DNA of 64,000 nucleotides from the human T2T-CHM13v2.0 reference genome, Homo sapiens, in the NCBI RefSeq assembly GCF_009914755.1, contig NC_060926.1; one strand, given 5' to 3'. The translations under genes were made by a program, and so were the position numbers. The notes beneath the pieces were generated by a model that was not told where the DNA came from, did not search any database, and worked only from the letters and a program-made list of their open reading frames with translations. This document shows positions 14,521-29,440 of this stretch, in pieces (within the stretch, counting starts at the first letter, position 1; each line of letters opens with the position of its first letter).

Positions 14521-15409
14521 AGCAGGAAGTGGTGGTGGTGATGGTGGAGTAAATGTGGTATTTTCTTTCCCCAAAGGGACTTTTTTTTTTTTTTTGAGCA
14601 TCAGCCCTTACAGACATATGTGTTGCCAACTGGATCACTGGAAAGAGCAGTACACAGACAACAGGACATCAAAGTCTGCCTCCCTTCTCCTATTTTTGTG
14701 AGGTCCTTGCCTTATTTGGTATTGTGAGTCCCAGGTGTGTTGAGGCCAGTACTTAGGGGTCTATGCTGATGTGACTGCCCCTGAGACTGCCTGGTAAAGC
14801 TGAGAGATGGCATTGAAAATAAACATATAATGTTTTACTGGCATTAGGAAGGAAAATTGGCTATGTTTCAGGGATATCACCACTGCAAAAGCTGAGCTGA
14901 AAGCCAGAAGATTCTATCAGACCATCCTATTGTCATGAGTCAGAGCAAGCATCAGGCATTAACCTCCAGGAACCAGCCCAGGGGTGAGCCTCAGTGGCTG
15001 TTCAGTGACTGTATTAGATGAGAGCTCTTCCTTTTCTCTCCACCTCCCATCACCCCGTTTGCTGCCATCAGCTGTTAACCAGAGGACAGATAGGAAGAAG
15101 GCGAGACTAACTAGAGATGGTGTTCAGCACTGTGCTGAAAATGGGTCATTTTTAGCTGAAAAATCATTTTATTGTACCAGCTCTATAGTTGAAATTAGTA
15201 GGATTAAGTTTTATACCATTAGCAGAAGTGAAGGCTTGAATCAAGATTACACAATATAAAATGTTTGTCCTTCTCTCCAGTTATATCAATTTATGCCCAT
15301 TTGTAATGTTTGTTCATTAAATACAAGCTGCAAAAGTCAGATAGATCCCAGTAGTCCCACTAGCCAAATATAACAACACTAACAATAGCATTAAAATGTG
15401 ACATATTTC

Positions 15410-17130
<1,721 letters not shown>

Positions 17131-17399
17131 TAATGTATTTCCTTTTAGTGTTTTTGTTAACACAATGTCTTTTTTAAAATAACCAACAATTATATTTACT
17201 TAGACTTGTGGCTCTAGTTGCAAATACTGCCTGAGGGAGGGAAGTGCTTTTGACTGTCGATTTGTCATTCTTAGAAACGAGACTTTTGTGATCTTTAGAT
17301 TGTGTTGTGGCCAGACTCCCAAAAGCAAATGATCCATTTAAGGGCTACTGAAAAATGTCTGCAACATTCTTCAAAATAACACTAATGACAACTAACAAT

Positions 17400-17620
17400 G
17401 CTATTAGTAGCAGCCAATGTTTTCTAAGCACTTACTAGTGCCAACAACTGTCCCAAGAATGTGATGTACATTATCTTATTTAATCCTCATAACCATTCTA
17501 AGAAGTAGACACTTGTCATTCTCATTTTACTTTTGATGAAACTGAGGCTCAGAGAGGTTACCTAACTTGTCGATGTTGCACAGTTTGTAACTTGCGGAGC
17601 CTAGATTTACACACAGTTGT
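17400..17620 (-). mobile_element. MIR
   Basis: ATTTAATCCTCATAACC...CATTTTAC...GAAACTGAGGCTCAGAGAGGTTA. Confidence 0.85.
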
Positions 17621-20600
17621 AAAATAAGAGATCTAGGAAGAAAGCATTATTAAATACTTTGATTTAATAGCTTAATGACAATAATCAAAATAAAATTTAA
17701 GAGGACATAGAGTGTTCCCCATTTAATAGATTTGGGAGCTCTGAGAATTTGCCTCTTTTTCCAGAATATTTCTCTCATAAAGTAATTATCATTTCATTCT
17801 CCTTCCATTGACCTCATCTACAGTTTGGGGAAATGGCTCTGGACTTTTGGAGACTTTGATGTAAGAGATTGTTAAGTTTATATTGTAAGCTATCAATAAA
17901 TCTGCTCTTCATCTCTAACTTAGCAAAGAACAAAATTCAAGCTCAGGAATCATTTCCTCATGATCTTATAGTTGTCTGGGTATTGCACAGATCTCATGGG
18001 AGAAATGTGCTCAGGAAAAAGTGCCTGCTATTTGGCATGGATGGCAGAACAAAGCATGAAGGTCTTTGGATACATTATGTCATTGGCTGAGAGGGAGTAG
18101 GAACCGTTTCCTGCCCCTGGTTGCTGTAATTTTAAAATGTCTCCTTGGTACCCCTCTATCCAGCAACACACCTCTGCAGTATTAGATCCTCCTCTGGCTG
18201 CCATTCAAGTAGGGGAGGAGCCCTGAAGGCATCAAACCTTTGGGAAAGAAGGGAGATAAGAGGAAAGCCCAAGGAGAGAGGAGAATCCGTTGTTTCTGGA
18301 CTTAGCTACCCTGCTCAGGAGCATGTAAGCTGCTCGATCTGGATGAATAAGAGCTTTTAGAGTTCATAATAAATGGATTGTGAATCTTTATTCCTTTCCT
18401 GTAATAACATGAGTTGCCTTAATTGGTCTTAAAACAGATAATTCAGTTTAGTCTGGCATCTCAATCCTGGCACTATGTGACACAGTACAGAAGGAAGTCA
18501 CCTTTCCTCTCCCAAACTCCAACCTTTTCATGAAAGAAAAATTGCAGTAGTTCCCAGCCCCTCCCATGAGACTGAACTGCCCCCAGCCAGGAGGGTTAAT
18601 GATTTTCTGAAAGGAAATTTGGTTAGAGAGTGGCAATATTTCATGGTCTTATCATGTTATACCCATTCTGTGTGGGAGCAAAGTCAAAAGGACTTCGCCT
18701 GTGTGTCTTATGGCTGTGTGGTGTAGGTTAAGTTTGGGGAATGATGAACATGAAGAAATGGATTTATGTACTTGTGGCCTGGTTTTGGGGGGCCGTGTGA
18801 AAAATGCTGTCCTTGGTTGTTTTTGTAATGGCGCTTCTCTTTGACTCAGCTTTACTTTGTGCCAATAAGAATAGCCTGGAAAGATAATTAACGACTTTGT
18901 GTTTAAGACATTTCCTTTCAAAATGACGGGGTATACCAACAGTTATGGCACTGAAATCATTAAAATCATGCAAATGCTTAAAGTGTGTAGGCCTGGGAGA
19001 TTATAGTTTCATTAGAGAAAAGGCTATAAAGTTAGACCTAGGTAATTACCTTTCCCATTAATGCTAGAAAATTCTGTGCTCCACTGAGAAGTGATCGTGG
19101 TGCATCGTGCCTTCTGTGCTTTCACATTCAAACTGCAGGAGCCTTTATTTCATCAGCACAAACTGCAAGGTAGCAGCAGCAGCTTTCCAGGTGTACTTTG
19201 CAAATTGGGGTTTAAATGTGGAACACATCAAATTAAAATTCAATATTAATTATTTTGTCTTGCTAGGAGTCTGAGTGGTTTAAAGCAGCAAGGGTAATTG
19301 TCTAATTCATTGTGTGTGTCTACGGTGAACTTAATCATTATGTCAGCTTCCTAATAAAAGGTTATTAAAGAAACAAAGATCCCAATTTTACATATGGTAG
19401 GCAAGGGAGGATTCGAAGAGCCAGTCTCTAAGGTAGACTTGAGGATCTTGACAAATGATGCCCATGCTGTGATCAGATACTTAACAAGAAATCTCGTTAT
19501 TAACTAGGCCTGTACAGATAATTAGCACTTGAGCTTCAAATTTTAAATCTGGCTTGAGATGTATAATTTATCAAAAGCCTTAGCTTGCTGTCAAAGTCTG
19601 ATAATAAGGTAGTGTTATTGATGAATTGAGATGAAGAGCAGATTGAAGAGAAAATTAGGCCACTGGTTAGCCTGAAAGGTCTGATTTCAATATTTACAGT
19701 ACTAATTTGGTATTATTTTGGTAAATGGATGTGGTCCCCAAGTGCTGCATGGTATAAAAGAGTAAACTATGCATCATTATTCTAACAGGAAAAGTATTGT
19801 TTACTGTGTACTGGATTTTGCAGCACTAGCAGTCTGGTTAATAGGCTACTTTATAAGATGAGTGTACCTGTTTTTTATCGCATGCATATATTGTAACCCA
19901 TTCAGCACCTAGAGCTTTTAGTGAAAATTAGAAAATGTAGCTTCTTTACATTAAAAATGATATTACATTAGACTAATTGCTACAGAGCCTGTCTTCCCGA
20001 TTTAACTCACTTCCATTTATCTCTTGGCATTGTCTTCCAAACATTCTTGCCACTGGAATTTAGATAACTACCATTTTATATATTCAAGCTACATAAAATG
20101 AGCAATCTTTTTTTAATGATCTCTGGTTGCTTTTCATTGCAAGCGATCTTGGGGGCAGGGGAAGGAATGAGATGTACAATAAACCGTCTATCTCTAGTAT
20201 CTCTCAGCTTTGAAGCACATTCTGAGTACACTTATGTGACCCTTGGCAAGTTAAATCTTTTTGATGCATGTAATAAAATGTTGTTTGGGGCAATAGCTGA
20301 TTTCCAAAATTATATTAGGCATAACATAAGGCTGTGGCAAATTGTCTCCCTATTTTTCCTTGCTTGAGCTCACAAATGGGATTGGGAAAGCGTTGGAGTG
20401 TTTTATTGTATATCATATCAGGTATAAATAGACAGTACACTGCACCATAATGTATCTCTATGTAGCTCATAGCAATATCTGCCTGTGAAATAATAAAGCA
20501 CAGGACTGTTGGTTTCCAGAAAATTGCTCGAAAATCCCTTGTCACGTGTTATTGGCAGCAGCTTCTCCTCTCCAGTCTCCAGCTGTCCAGTGGGGTGTGC

Positions 20601-21214
20601 CAACTCACAGCAGGACCTGAGGACTGTTTGCATTGAACGGTGGCACAGAGCTTTATGGTGATGTTCCTTGTATATTGTGCACTTGCAGACAAGTAGGCTT
20701 TCGGAGACTCAGCAGGAGCATTCTAGTGTTTATGCTGAGGTGGTTAGCTAGTGGGCAAATTGCTATTATTCAGAAACGTGTGGCAGAGGAAAATGTATTG
20801 CATTATGTTTTCTATCAATATTATCTTAATGCTGACCAATAACAGGCCTCCGTTCAAGCTGACCCTTCTTCCTGACTTTTCTCTTATGCGTAATTAGATT
20901 GAATGGAATTTAGTGGAGACGTTTTCTTGGGAGGAGAAAGAGGCTTTTTTTGCCCTATTGCAGCTGCGTCTCCCCAATCTACCCCCCACCTCTACTCAGC
21001 AATGCCTCCCCCTCGTTCCCCCGACAACTCCTGAGATAACATTAGTTTAGCATTCTACTTTCAGACTAAAAAGATTTGGTGTTTCAGCTGTTCCAATATA
21101 TGTTGACTACTGACTAATGGATATTTATTCCACTTTATTGCTTTCTATAGGCAAAATTCAAACAAAAGGAATTGGATTTTGCTAATAGCACTGAGCGGCA
21201 TTGGCATTTTTTGA

Positions 21215-21360
21215 CAGTAGTAAGGATAATCATAATCCCACACATGGAGATGAGGCTTGTAGCCTTTCAAAGCACTTTTATATATATCATCTCCCTTGAT
21301 TTTCATGTATAACACAGTCAGGGGAGGAATTATAATGCCCACTCGATAGATGAGGAGAAA
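21215..21360 (-). mobile_element. MIR fragment
   Basis: TTTCAAAGCACTTTTATATATATCATCTC...ATGCCCACTCGATAGATGAGG. Confidence 0.55.
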
Positions 21361-22417
21361 CAAAATAAAGAAAGAGGTTATAAAATCCACTTATGGCAGA
21401 GCTTGGATCATTTTGTTCTTTGAACTTTCTGACTTTTGCCCTTTGTTCTTTCCTCTGAACAAAGTGGTTTTATTCCTTATAATACTATTTCCTTTTATCA
21501 TTAAAGTTTGCAGAAATACTGCCTGTACAGGGCACTCATCCTGCACCTCTCTGAGCTGGATAAAACAGTTGTCAAGAGCCAAGAGAGTGTGGTAGAAATG
21601 TTATTAAGTCTGTTATTTGTAGGATCATTATCTCGCTCCAAGTGTGCATTCCAGAAGTGTACTTTGTTGGGCATTGCTGGATGGCCCAGGAAGTTATCAC
21701 AGAATGTAGCCTCGAGCACTCTGTATTTAAAAATCATCATTCAGTTATTAACTCTAGCAGTAAAGACAGTGCATATGTTCCAAGAAAACTACCTTTAAAA
21801 AAAACCCTCCAGGGAAGGTGGTGACAGAGGCAACGATGCTGGGATTAGAATTTAGGGGTTTCCCTTCTCTGATGTCTACATCACTAGGCCCTGTAGCTTT
21901 CTGACCTTTTTAAAATTCCATCCTCTCACCCCCACCCCAGTCACACACTCAGAACTCTACACCAAAAATGCACTGCTTCTGTGCTGGTTCTATTAGGCCA
22001 CATTCACTTGGGACCTTTAGAGAGAAGGAGATGAATGTGTTTCCTAAAGGGAGAGCTCAGATCTCACAGGACCACAGTCCACATTCTTTTCCCAATCATC
22101 TCCCCTCTCAGTCTTCAGCCTGAGGGATTAAGTCTGAGCTTTGCAGTTAGAAGCAGTTGCATGTAGCAGAATAAAAATATTTTCTCCATTTCAAATAAGA
22201 TTAGGAAGTCAACACAAATAAATTACACATGCATGTAGGATAGGCTGGTATGGGCAGCAAAGAAATAAATGATCATCAAATAATCATAGTGTGTGAACAG
22301 GACTTTGTATTTTATGTTGAGCTCACTGGTATCAGATTTTTATGCTCTACACTCAGGACCTCTCCTATGCTTGGAGCTTCAGCTAAAGTCAAGGCAAAGA
22401 TTGCATTTTGAGGAGGA

Positions 22418-22420
<3 letters not shown>

Positions 22421-22452
<32 letters not shown>

Positions 22453-22458
22453 TGTGTG
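22421..22458 (+). repeat. (TG)n microsatellite
   Basis: Directly visible, one interruption. Confidence 0.97.
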
Positions 22459-24424
22459 TATCGGGGAGAAAGTAGGAGGAAGGCAGAAGAAATAGCAATT
22501 TAGTTTGAAAGAAATGGAGAAGAAAACAAGTATAAAAATATTACCAAAACCAGTAACAAAGGTGATCAAGAACTGACTGTGTCTGTAATTATTTTCTAGG
22601 TTTTTTTCCATTAGCATTATTTTTGTCTAATGTTATTAAATTATTTTTATATTATATGAATATGCCAATTAAGGGATATGGACATTTCAAGACTAGGCAC
22701 AAAGGCATTTTTCATCTGGTAAGTGATGAGTTTTGCTTCTTTAGAACGTGTGGCCAGGGTAGAAATTCTTAGTGTTTTTAAAGCAACTATTTGAAATAGC
22801 TCATTCACGCGGCCATTAGTCTTTTCAAAATTTATTTTTAAGGTAGCTGTGGAAAATAAAGAGGAAAAACACTGGGCAACATTCAAAATAACATTCTCAG
22901 ACAATCCTACCACCTGAAATGAATGATTTATGGTACATTTGGCATTCTCTACTACCTTTTACATTATACTTACAATATAAACTGTAGCTCTTTCATCTTT
23001 TAAGCTGTCAGACTAATTTCAATATGCACATTGAAAAATGTGCTGAGGTGTTTAAGAGGTAGTCAATTCTTTATTATAAATTAATTTTTCCTTTATAATT
23101 TGAAATCAGAATTTTAAACATTCAGAGGTTCTAAACCAGTAACTCTTAGTTTAAGCAAGGTACCTTTTAAGAGCCCTGAAAAACCTAGTTATGTGTTAAA
23201 CTCTATCTTAGAAATCTTGAAAAGCATAGGATATTGTTTTTAAAAGTGGACATGTGGAGTATATGTTTTACTATCTAACGCTCAGAGTTTTGAACTGTGT
23301 GAATGCTTTGCCATATTTTGATCAATATGTATTTATATAACAGCAATGCTGCATGTATCCCTATTGTGTGTTGTCTACTGAAAATGAATGGCCCTAAAAT
23401 TACAGGAGGTCACATACTTTTTTTTTTTGTCATTTGTGCTGCCTTCTTATTTGGTGATGTCATATACAAACACAAAGTACAGTAAATACACACACACATT
23501 TGCTTTCATAAACTGATTAATCAATGTGCAAAAATTGCTAAAGGCATCGCTTTCTGCTCTACTGGAACCCCAAGGAGCCCAGCAGACGCGGATCCAGTTC
23601 TGTTCGCTAGGATGTCGGGCTTCGAATTCACTGTCTGAGTCTCACCAATAGGGGTCTCCAGTGTACCACAGAACTATTTACACCACTCCATTATGATTAT
23701 TTACAGTATGCTGTACATGAAGACAGAAGCAAAGGGGCAGAACAGATTTATATGGGCTGGGGCTGATACTGGATTTATTCAAGGAGTGAAAGGGTGACGT
23801 CACAAGTTACAAGTGATGAGGAGAAGCAAAGACACATCTAGGTTTGGTGTGAGAACACCCTTGACCTAATGGTGTGGACATGATCTGCCTGATCTGACTG
23901 TGCCCCAAAGAGAAAAAAGAATATCCAGGCAGCTACAGTGGTATTTCCTGATATTTAAATATGTGTCTTTGTTTGGATGAAACAGCTAGAGGAATGAATG
24001 ATTTTTTTCTGTCCTCATTGGAATCTTTTGGGAATGGGCTGAAACTCTAAATATCAACCATGAAGCTGCTTCATGGTAGTTTTTATGAAGTTATTTATTT
24101 TTTGTGAGACTGTAGGTATTGAAACTGTCTCCCCCTGCCATCTCAGATAAAGAAGGTAAGAGCAATTACCCTCCAAAAAGAGAAATTACAATTGATCATA
24201 ATTGAATATAAAGTTTAGGTCACATTTAGAAATACCAATACTGATTCACAATATATAAAGCATGTCATAACATTCTTTGTTTTTATGCATCATGGAATTC
24301 CTTTATGCCATCCATTCTAGAAAAAAATTACATTTTAAAAGCCTTGACTAACAGGACATTTCTGGAGTTTTAGGTAGATCTATTTGTGTAGAATAGGCAA
24401 CAGATATTCAAAATGCCTTTCTCA

Positions 24425-24990
24425 TCATTCATTTATTTATTCAACAAACATTTATTTAGGCCATGCTTCGTGAAGTCACTCAGTGCCTAAAGGAAAATAG
24501 CTCTCTTCAGAGAGTGCAGTCTAGTAAATGATAAATAAAAAAGAAATTCTAATAGAAAACAGATTGGGCTAAGAGTTAGCACTGAGGCAAAAACAAGGTA
24601 CTGTGAAAGGAAGCCAATTAAACAACTAATTCTAAGAGAGGAGGTTGAATGTGGTCAGAAAAATGAGTTGGCTTTTGAGATGCGTTGTGAAGTTTAGGAT
24701 TGTGATGAGCTATGCTGGAGAGAAGAGCATTCCATGTGTGAAGAGTTGGAGGCTGTTCATGGAATGAGAAGTTATGTACAGAAACTGTGGAAGCTTTGTA
24801 AGATGTGTTGGCTTGTTCTGCCTGAGAAAGGAGGATAGGGGAAGCTACAGAGGATGGAGACTGCGTTGGTGAAGGTGAGATAAATTTAGAGGTCAGGGTT
24901 GTGAGAGGATAGAAAGAAACCCAGGCAAATATAGAATATGTATTAATTTTTAGAAATCAAAGTCAGGAAGCTTAGGAGGATTGTCAAGAT
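24425..24990 (-). mobile_element. L2 3' end
   Basis: CATTCATTTATTTATTCAACAAACATTTATT terminus followed by purine-rich L2-like sequence. Confidence 0.7.
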
Positions 24991-25104
24991 GACCCCACTG
25001 GGAGAGAGCCCATGGCTGTGTAAAGGCTTATTCAGTAAACTCCACATGACCAGCACCATTATGGTTGATTTTATTTTTCCGCATTTAGGTGTAGTTAATT
25101 TGCT

Positions 25105-25280
25105 CTTCTCAGGTTTAGAAACAGGACACTGATGGTAATCCATCTATGTCACCCTAACTAGCAGGATGACTTGGAGTTAGTCCCTTCTGTCTTCCCCAGA
25201 TTAGTTTCTTATCCATAAGATGAGAGATTGTATTAAGCTTATAGCTGAGGTCTCCACCAGCTCTTAAGGATCTTGTGGAT
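25105..25280 (+). mobile_element. MIR (MIR3/MIRc-like)
   Basis: ACTAGCAGGATGACTTGG...AGTTTCTTATCCATAAGATGAGAG...GAGGTCTCCACCAGCTCT. Confidence 0.65.
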
Positions 25281-25549
25281 CAAAGTGAGGCTGAAGTCAC
25301 ATTTAGGCATATCCCATGGGACAAAGGAGTTCAGAAGAGGTGCATATTTTAAAAGGAAATACCACGATGGACACAAGAAATTCTATTTCATGGTTTATGT
25401 GAGACAGATAAAAGCTACCGAGCAACAAATTTGACTAAATGAATACCAAAAGGGCTGAAGGTCAGAAAACAATACTTGCAAGACATGAAAACAAGACTAA
25501 AGTATCAGAGATGAATACTGTGGAAGATTCTAAACTCCCAGGGAATAGT

Positions 25550-26260
25550 TGAGTAAATACAACGAAACTGCACGTGAGCAAAACTCTGATTTCATATACA
25601 ACTTCCTATCAGCGAGGCTTTTGATTCAGTCAAAATTAAGTTGCTAACACAGGGAAACAAATGAGGGTAGAGTGATTAATTCTGACTTAAGGAATCACAG
25701 AAGGTTTCCAGGAAGGGATAACAGTTGATTCCTACCACTAATAATGAATTGTGATTTTATAGGTGGAGAGTGGAGGGAAGTGCACTTTGAGTTAAAGGGC
25801 CAGCATGATCCAAAGATAATCAGAACCATGGAGACCCCTTGGTACTGGCAAGTTACATTGAGAAGCAGAGGAAAGCTGCTTGGGTGGATAGATAACAAAG
25901 GAGAAGATTTTCCTAACTCAGTATTGGCTAGGCAAATAGATGCCAGCTATCCATCTGTAACATCTATGATATTCTTGGGCACTTAGATGATGAAAGACAC
26001 CAGGACAGTGGGAGGAAATGACAAGCAGAATTTGAAATCTAATAACCTTTCAAGTTGTAAAAATGGCTAGTAAGAATTGGAACAATCTTTAATAGGGATA
26101 TAATGTGTGTGAAGTGCATGGGAAAAGAAATCTCAAATGAAATTTAGAAAATGATTCACTATGCACATGAAACAGGAAATTATCTGACGTTATAAAGTTG
26201 AACACGAATCAATAATAAAATTATAACACTGTTCCAAGGGCCATATTCTGTGGCCCCAGA
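25550..26260 (+). mobile_element. CR1/L3 reverse-transcriptase relic
   Basis: GAGTGGAGGGAAGTG (WREV) and TTTAATAGGGATATAATGTGTGTGAAGTGCATGGGAAAAGAAATC resemble the CR1 motif FNRDKCKVLHLGxKN, in the expected order. Confidence 0.5.
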
Positions 26261-26869
26261 ACCTACGGGTGAGAGAGGTTTGAAAGAAGACTCTTCAGCT
26301 ACACCAGTCCCCAAATTCTTTAGCTTCAGATACAATATAGACACATCACTTGCCTATTTCCACTCTTTGGTAAACATTGTCATGGAAAAATACATACATA
26401 AAGCTAAGTTAGAAGTTTGTAATTTAATTTGTTTATGACAACATTGATTGTAAATACCACAGATGCTTGTAAAAAATTCAGTATAGGGCTTAGTTTGAGT
26501 TTGGGAGTGGGAAATGATGTTAAAAGAAAAAAAGAAAAAAGTACTATGTCTTTGATTTATCTATCATTTTATGCAAAGTAGAAAGATACAAATAAATGAA
26601 AGTATCAAAAATGATTAAAGGCACAGAAAATGGGTGCTCTGAAAGAATATACTCATTGTGATTACGTAACTCAGAAAATAACTGAAGGGTGTTTCAATAA
26701 CACTGTATGGGAAAGTTTTTCAACAAAACTAATGGTCAATTTTTAAAATTCGATTTAACTGGAAACATCCTCAAATTGCAGACTGACCGATATTGAAGTT
26801 AGTTGAAAAGATGCAGCTTTTGTTAATAGAAATGATTGTTACATTTAGGAATTGGCCCAAGACAACACC

Positions 26870-27090
26870 TGGAAGTCAAACTGCCTCACTTTGAAATATT
26901 GGCTATTCTGCCTGGCAGCTATACACTTAACTTCTCTGTGTCTCTGTATTTTTATCAGTAAGAAGGAGATAAAAAACTACTTTTCATTTCAAAGGTTTTT
27001 GTGAGGATTAACTGTATTAATAAAATAAAAGGACAGAACAATTCTGGAATATAGTAAATGCTTAATAATGATTAACTCTTATTACTATGA
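26870..27090 (+). mobile_element. MIR
   Basis: ACTTAACTTCTCTGTGTCTCTG...GTGAGGATTAA...TAGTAAATGCTTAATAA. Confidence 0.75.
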
Positions 27091-29324
27091 CTTGAACCTA
27101 ATTGGTGCTCATTGAATATCTATTGATGGATTACCACAGCTACTTCTGCCAGCTTTTTATGTGTAAAAAAAAAATCTTTTTTTTTTTTTTTTTGGCATGG
27201 TTTAGTTAGATCCTTGCCTGAATTATATACTGCCTTGGTGTATAGTCTTTCTTTTTTAAACAGATGTGTAGTAGATATGCACAAAATACTTCTGGATGTT
27301 AAAAGGCAAAATTAAATAACAAAATATTTGACAACTCAGGGTGAAAATAGCCTCTGATTATTAATTGAAGGCACTGAAAGCATTTTGAGGGGCCGGTCTA
27401 TACTTCTGATTGCCAAGCAAGCAGGGAGGTGACTGTCTCAAAGCTTCGGACGTTTTGAAGCTGGGGCCTGGCTCCGTAGTCTGTGACAATGCACAATGGT
27501 TGATGAGTTAGTTCTGGAGGCTTCTGAATTTTAATGATGCTGGAGATGATATTGTGTGTCCTTCAGCTTGTTAGAGTGACACCAGCACTCCATAAATCAT
27601 AATACCTGTGTATTGTAAAATCAATAGCCAAGTGCTATCTCAGCGCTAACCCTTAATAAGTTTTTCACAGCTCTAACAGCTTAAACTTTGCCGTAATGCC
27701 ATTGGACCTGTAGGTTAGGATCAGAGCATGCTTAATTTGTTTTGTAATAGAGACTTTTCACTAATGAAGGACCGATTAGTTAAGCTTTGGTTGCCACTCT
27801 GGTGATCAGTTGGCAGAACAGCCTCTGCAATTAAACTCATGTATCTCTGTCCTGAAGCAAAAAAGCAGGCTTAAACAGTCAATAAATGTTAATCCAGTCA
27901 CAACCTGTCTCTGCCTTTGAAGGCTGCCCATGAGGGTTTTTTCCCCTACATCACATTTTTTTCATCTTGTTTTAAATGTGGTGGTCCCCATGGAGTCTGG
28001 ATGTGGCGTGCATGACCTCCCATGGTCCTGTAATAAGATCTGGCATGCTAACAACATTGGCTACAGATCTGTCATCTATAGGTCTGTCTGTCCCTCCCCC
28101 TCCCTCATCTCCTTATCTAAGGTTGAAGAATAAATGAGCAATTGAAGCACATGGGACCTCTAGATGAAATTGGGTAAATATGTATGCAAAGTGGAGGGTG
28201 TGCTTTTGTGTTGCTAGGACATATATTATGGTCTCTCCTTCCCACTTTCACTACACACATATGTGGTCAGTATGGTAAAGGAAAGCTGTTTCCTTATTTG
28301 CTTTTATTGAGGGAATGTGGCTTGTAATCATCCCTGATGAGTGCTGGGAAGTGAGAGCTCAGTGCAGAGCTGGCAAGCAAAGTAGAACTTCAGAATCACT
28401 CCTGGTGGGGCTGGGGGTAGGGTGGTGGAGAAAAAAAAGGAAGAAGAAAAAACTGAGATATAAAACACTTCAAAACTATTTAATACTCCCCTTCCTTGTT
28501 ATCTGTGTCCTTAAAATTTCAGATACTTTTCTTTTTTCTTTATTTTCTTGCTCTTTCACTTAAGGAAGAGAAGTAAAGACTGACAGCCAGACAGGAAAGT
28601 GGCTAGTTCAGACTGTGGCCCACAGACCTGTGGGTGAATGGAAGAGAGTGGTCTGAAAATTGAAATGTCTTCTGTTGGATCCAGGGTCACATGCTTCGGG
28701 AGTCTGGTGACATTTGTTTTTTTCCTTCCCATAGGAGCTTGCTTTCCATAGGGCATGCATGAGAGTTAGCTTGTGTCCCTGATGAGAAGATTTAAGCTGT
28801 GGGGAAAGGGGGTGCAAAGGAAAGTGAGTGGGTGCAAAGACTGGGAGTGAGTTGTCCAGGAGTCACTGGTCTGCAATGGCAGTGCTGAAAAATGAAGAAA
28901 ATGCTCATCAAAAGAAGAAGGTTTAGAATTTAACTTGTGGTGAATCTGGGTTTTGTGAACTGTTGTTTAGTTGGCACTTAATTTAGCATACTAGTATTTT
29001 ATTATAACATTTCATCATTTAATGTCAGGTAGCAAATTATTACTCAACAGAGTATTATTGACTTAATGCAATTAGGCTTTTGAAGCGTTCTGAAGCTGGA
29101 GAGCTCTTTTACATGGGTCTTCTTCCTGGAATGCAAATCTGATAGCTATGGAGCAGGCAGGAATTAACCATGTCCCTATGAACTCATTTATGTTAGAAGA
29201 ACCCCCAGTAATTTCTCTGCAACTCATTGGTTTTTCAGAGAAAAAAGTTTTCAAAGCAATGCTATGGAATATACTTGCAAGTATATTAAACCTGCCTTAG
29301 TAAAGGCAGATGTTTTCAATGATC

Positions 29325-29440
29325 CAATTGCTTATTTAACAAATTGATATTGAGTGCCTACTGTGTGCTCCTCACCAGGGCAGGTGCAGAGGAAACAATG
29401 AAAAATGTGACATGCTTGGTCTCTGCCCTTGGTCCTGTGC
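29325..29440 (-). mobile_element. L2 3' end fragment
   Basis: ATTTAACAAATTGATATTGAGTGCCTACTGTGTGC...GGTCTCTGCCCT. Confidence 0.7.

Noticed and set aside
27165-27193. A10-TC-T17 hairpin/terminator-like sequence
   Set aside because: Adjacent mononucleotide runs are common, and intrinsic terminators are irrelevant in this context.
28404-28428. G-quadruplex GGTGGGGCTGGGGGTAGGGTGGTGG
   Set aside because: Only three runs of three or more G, so it is not a canonical G4.
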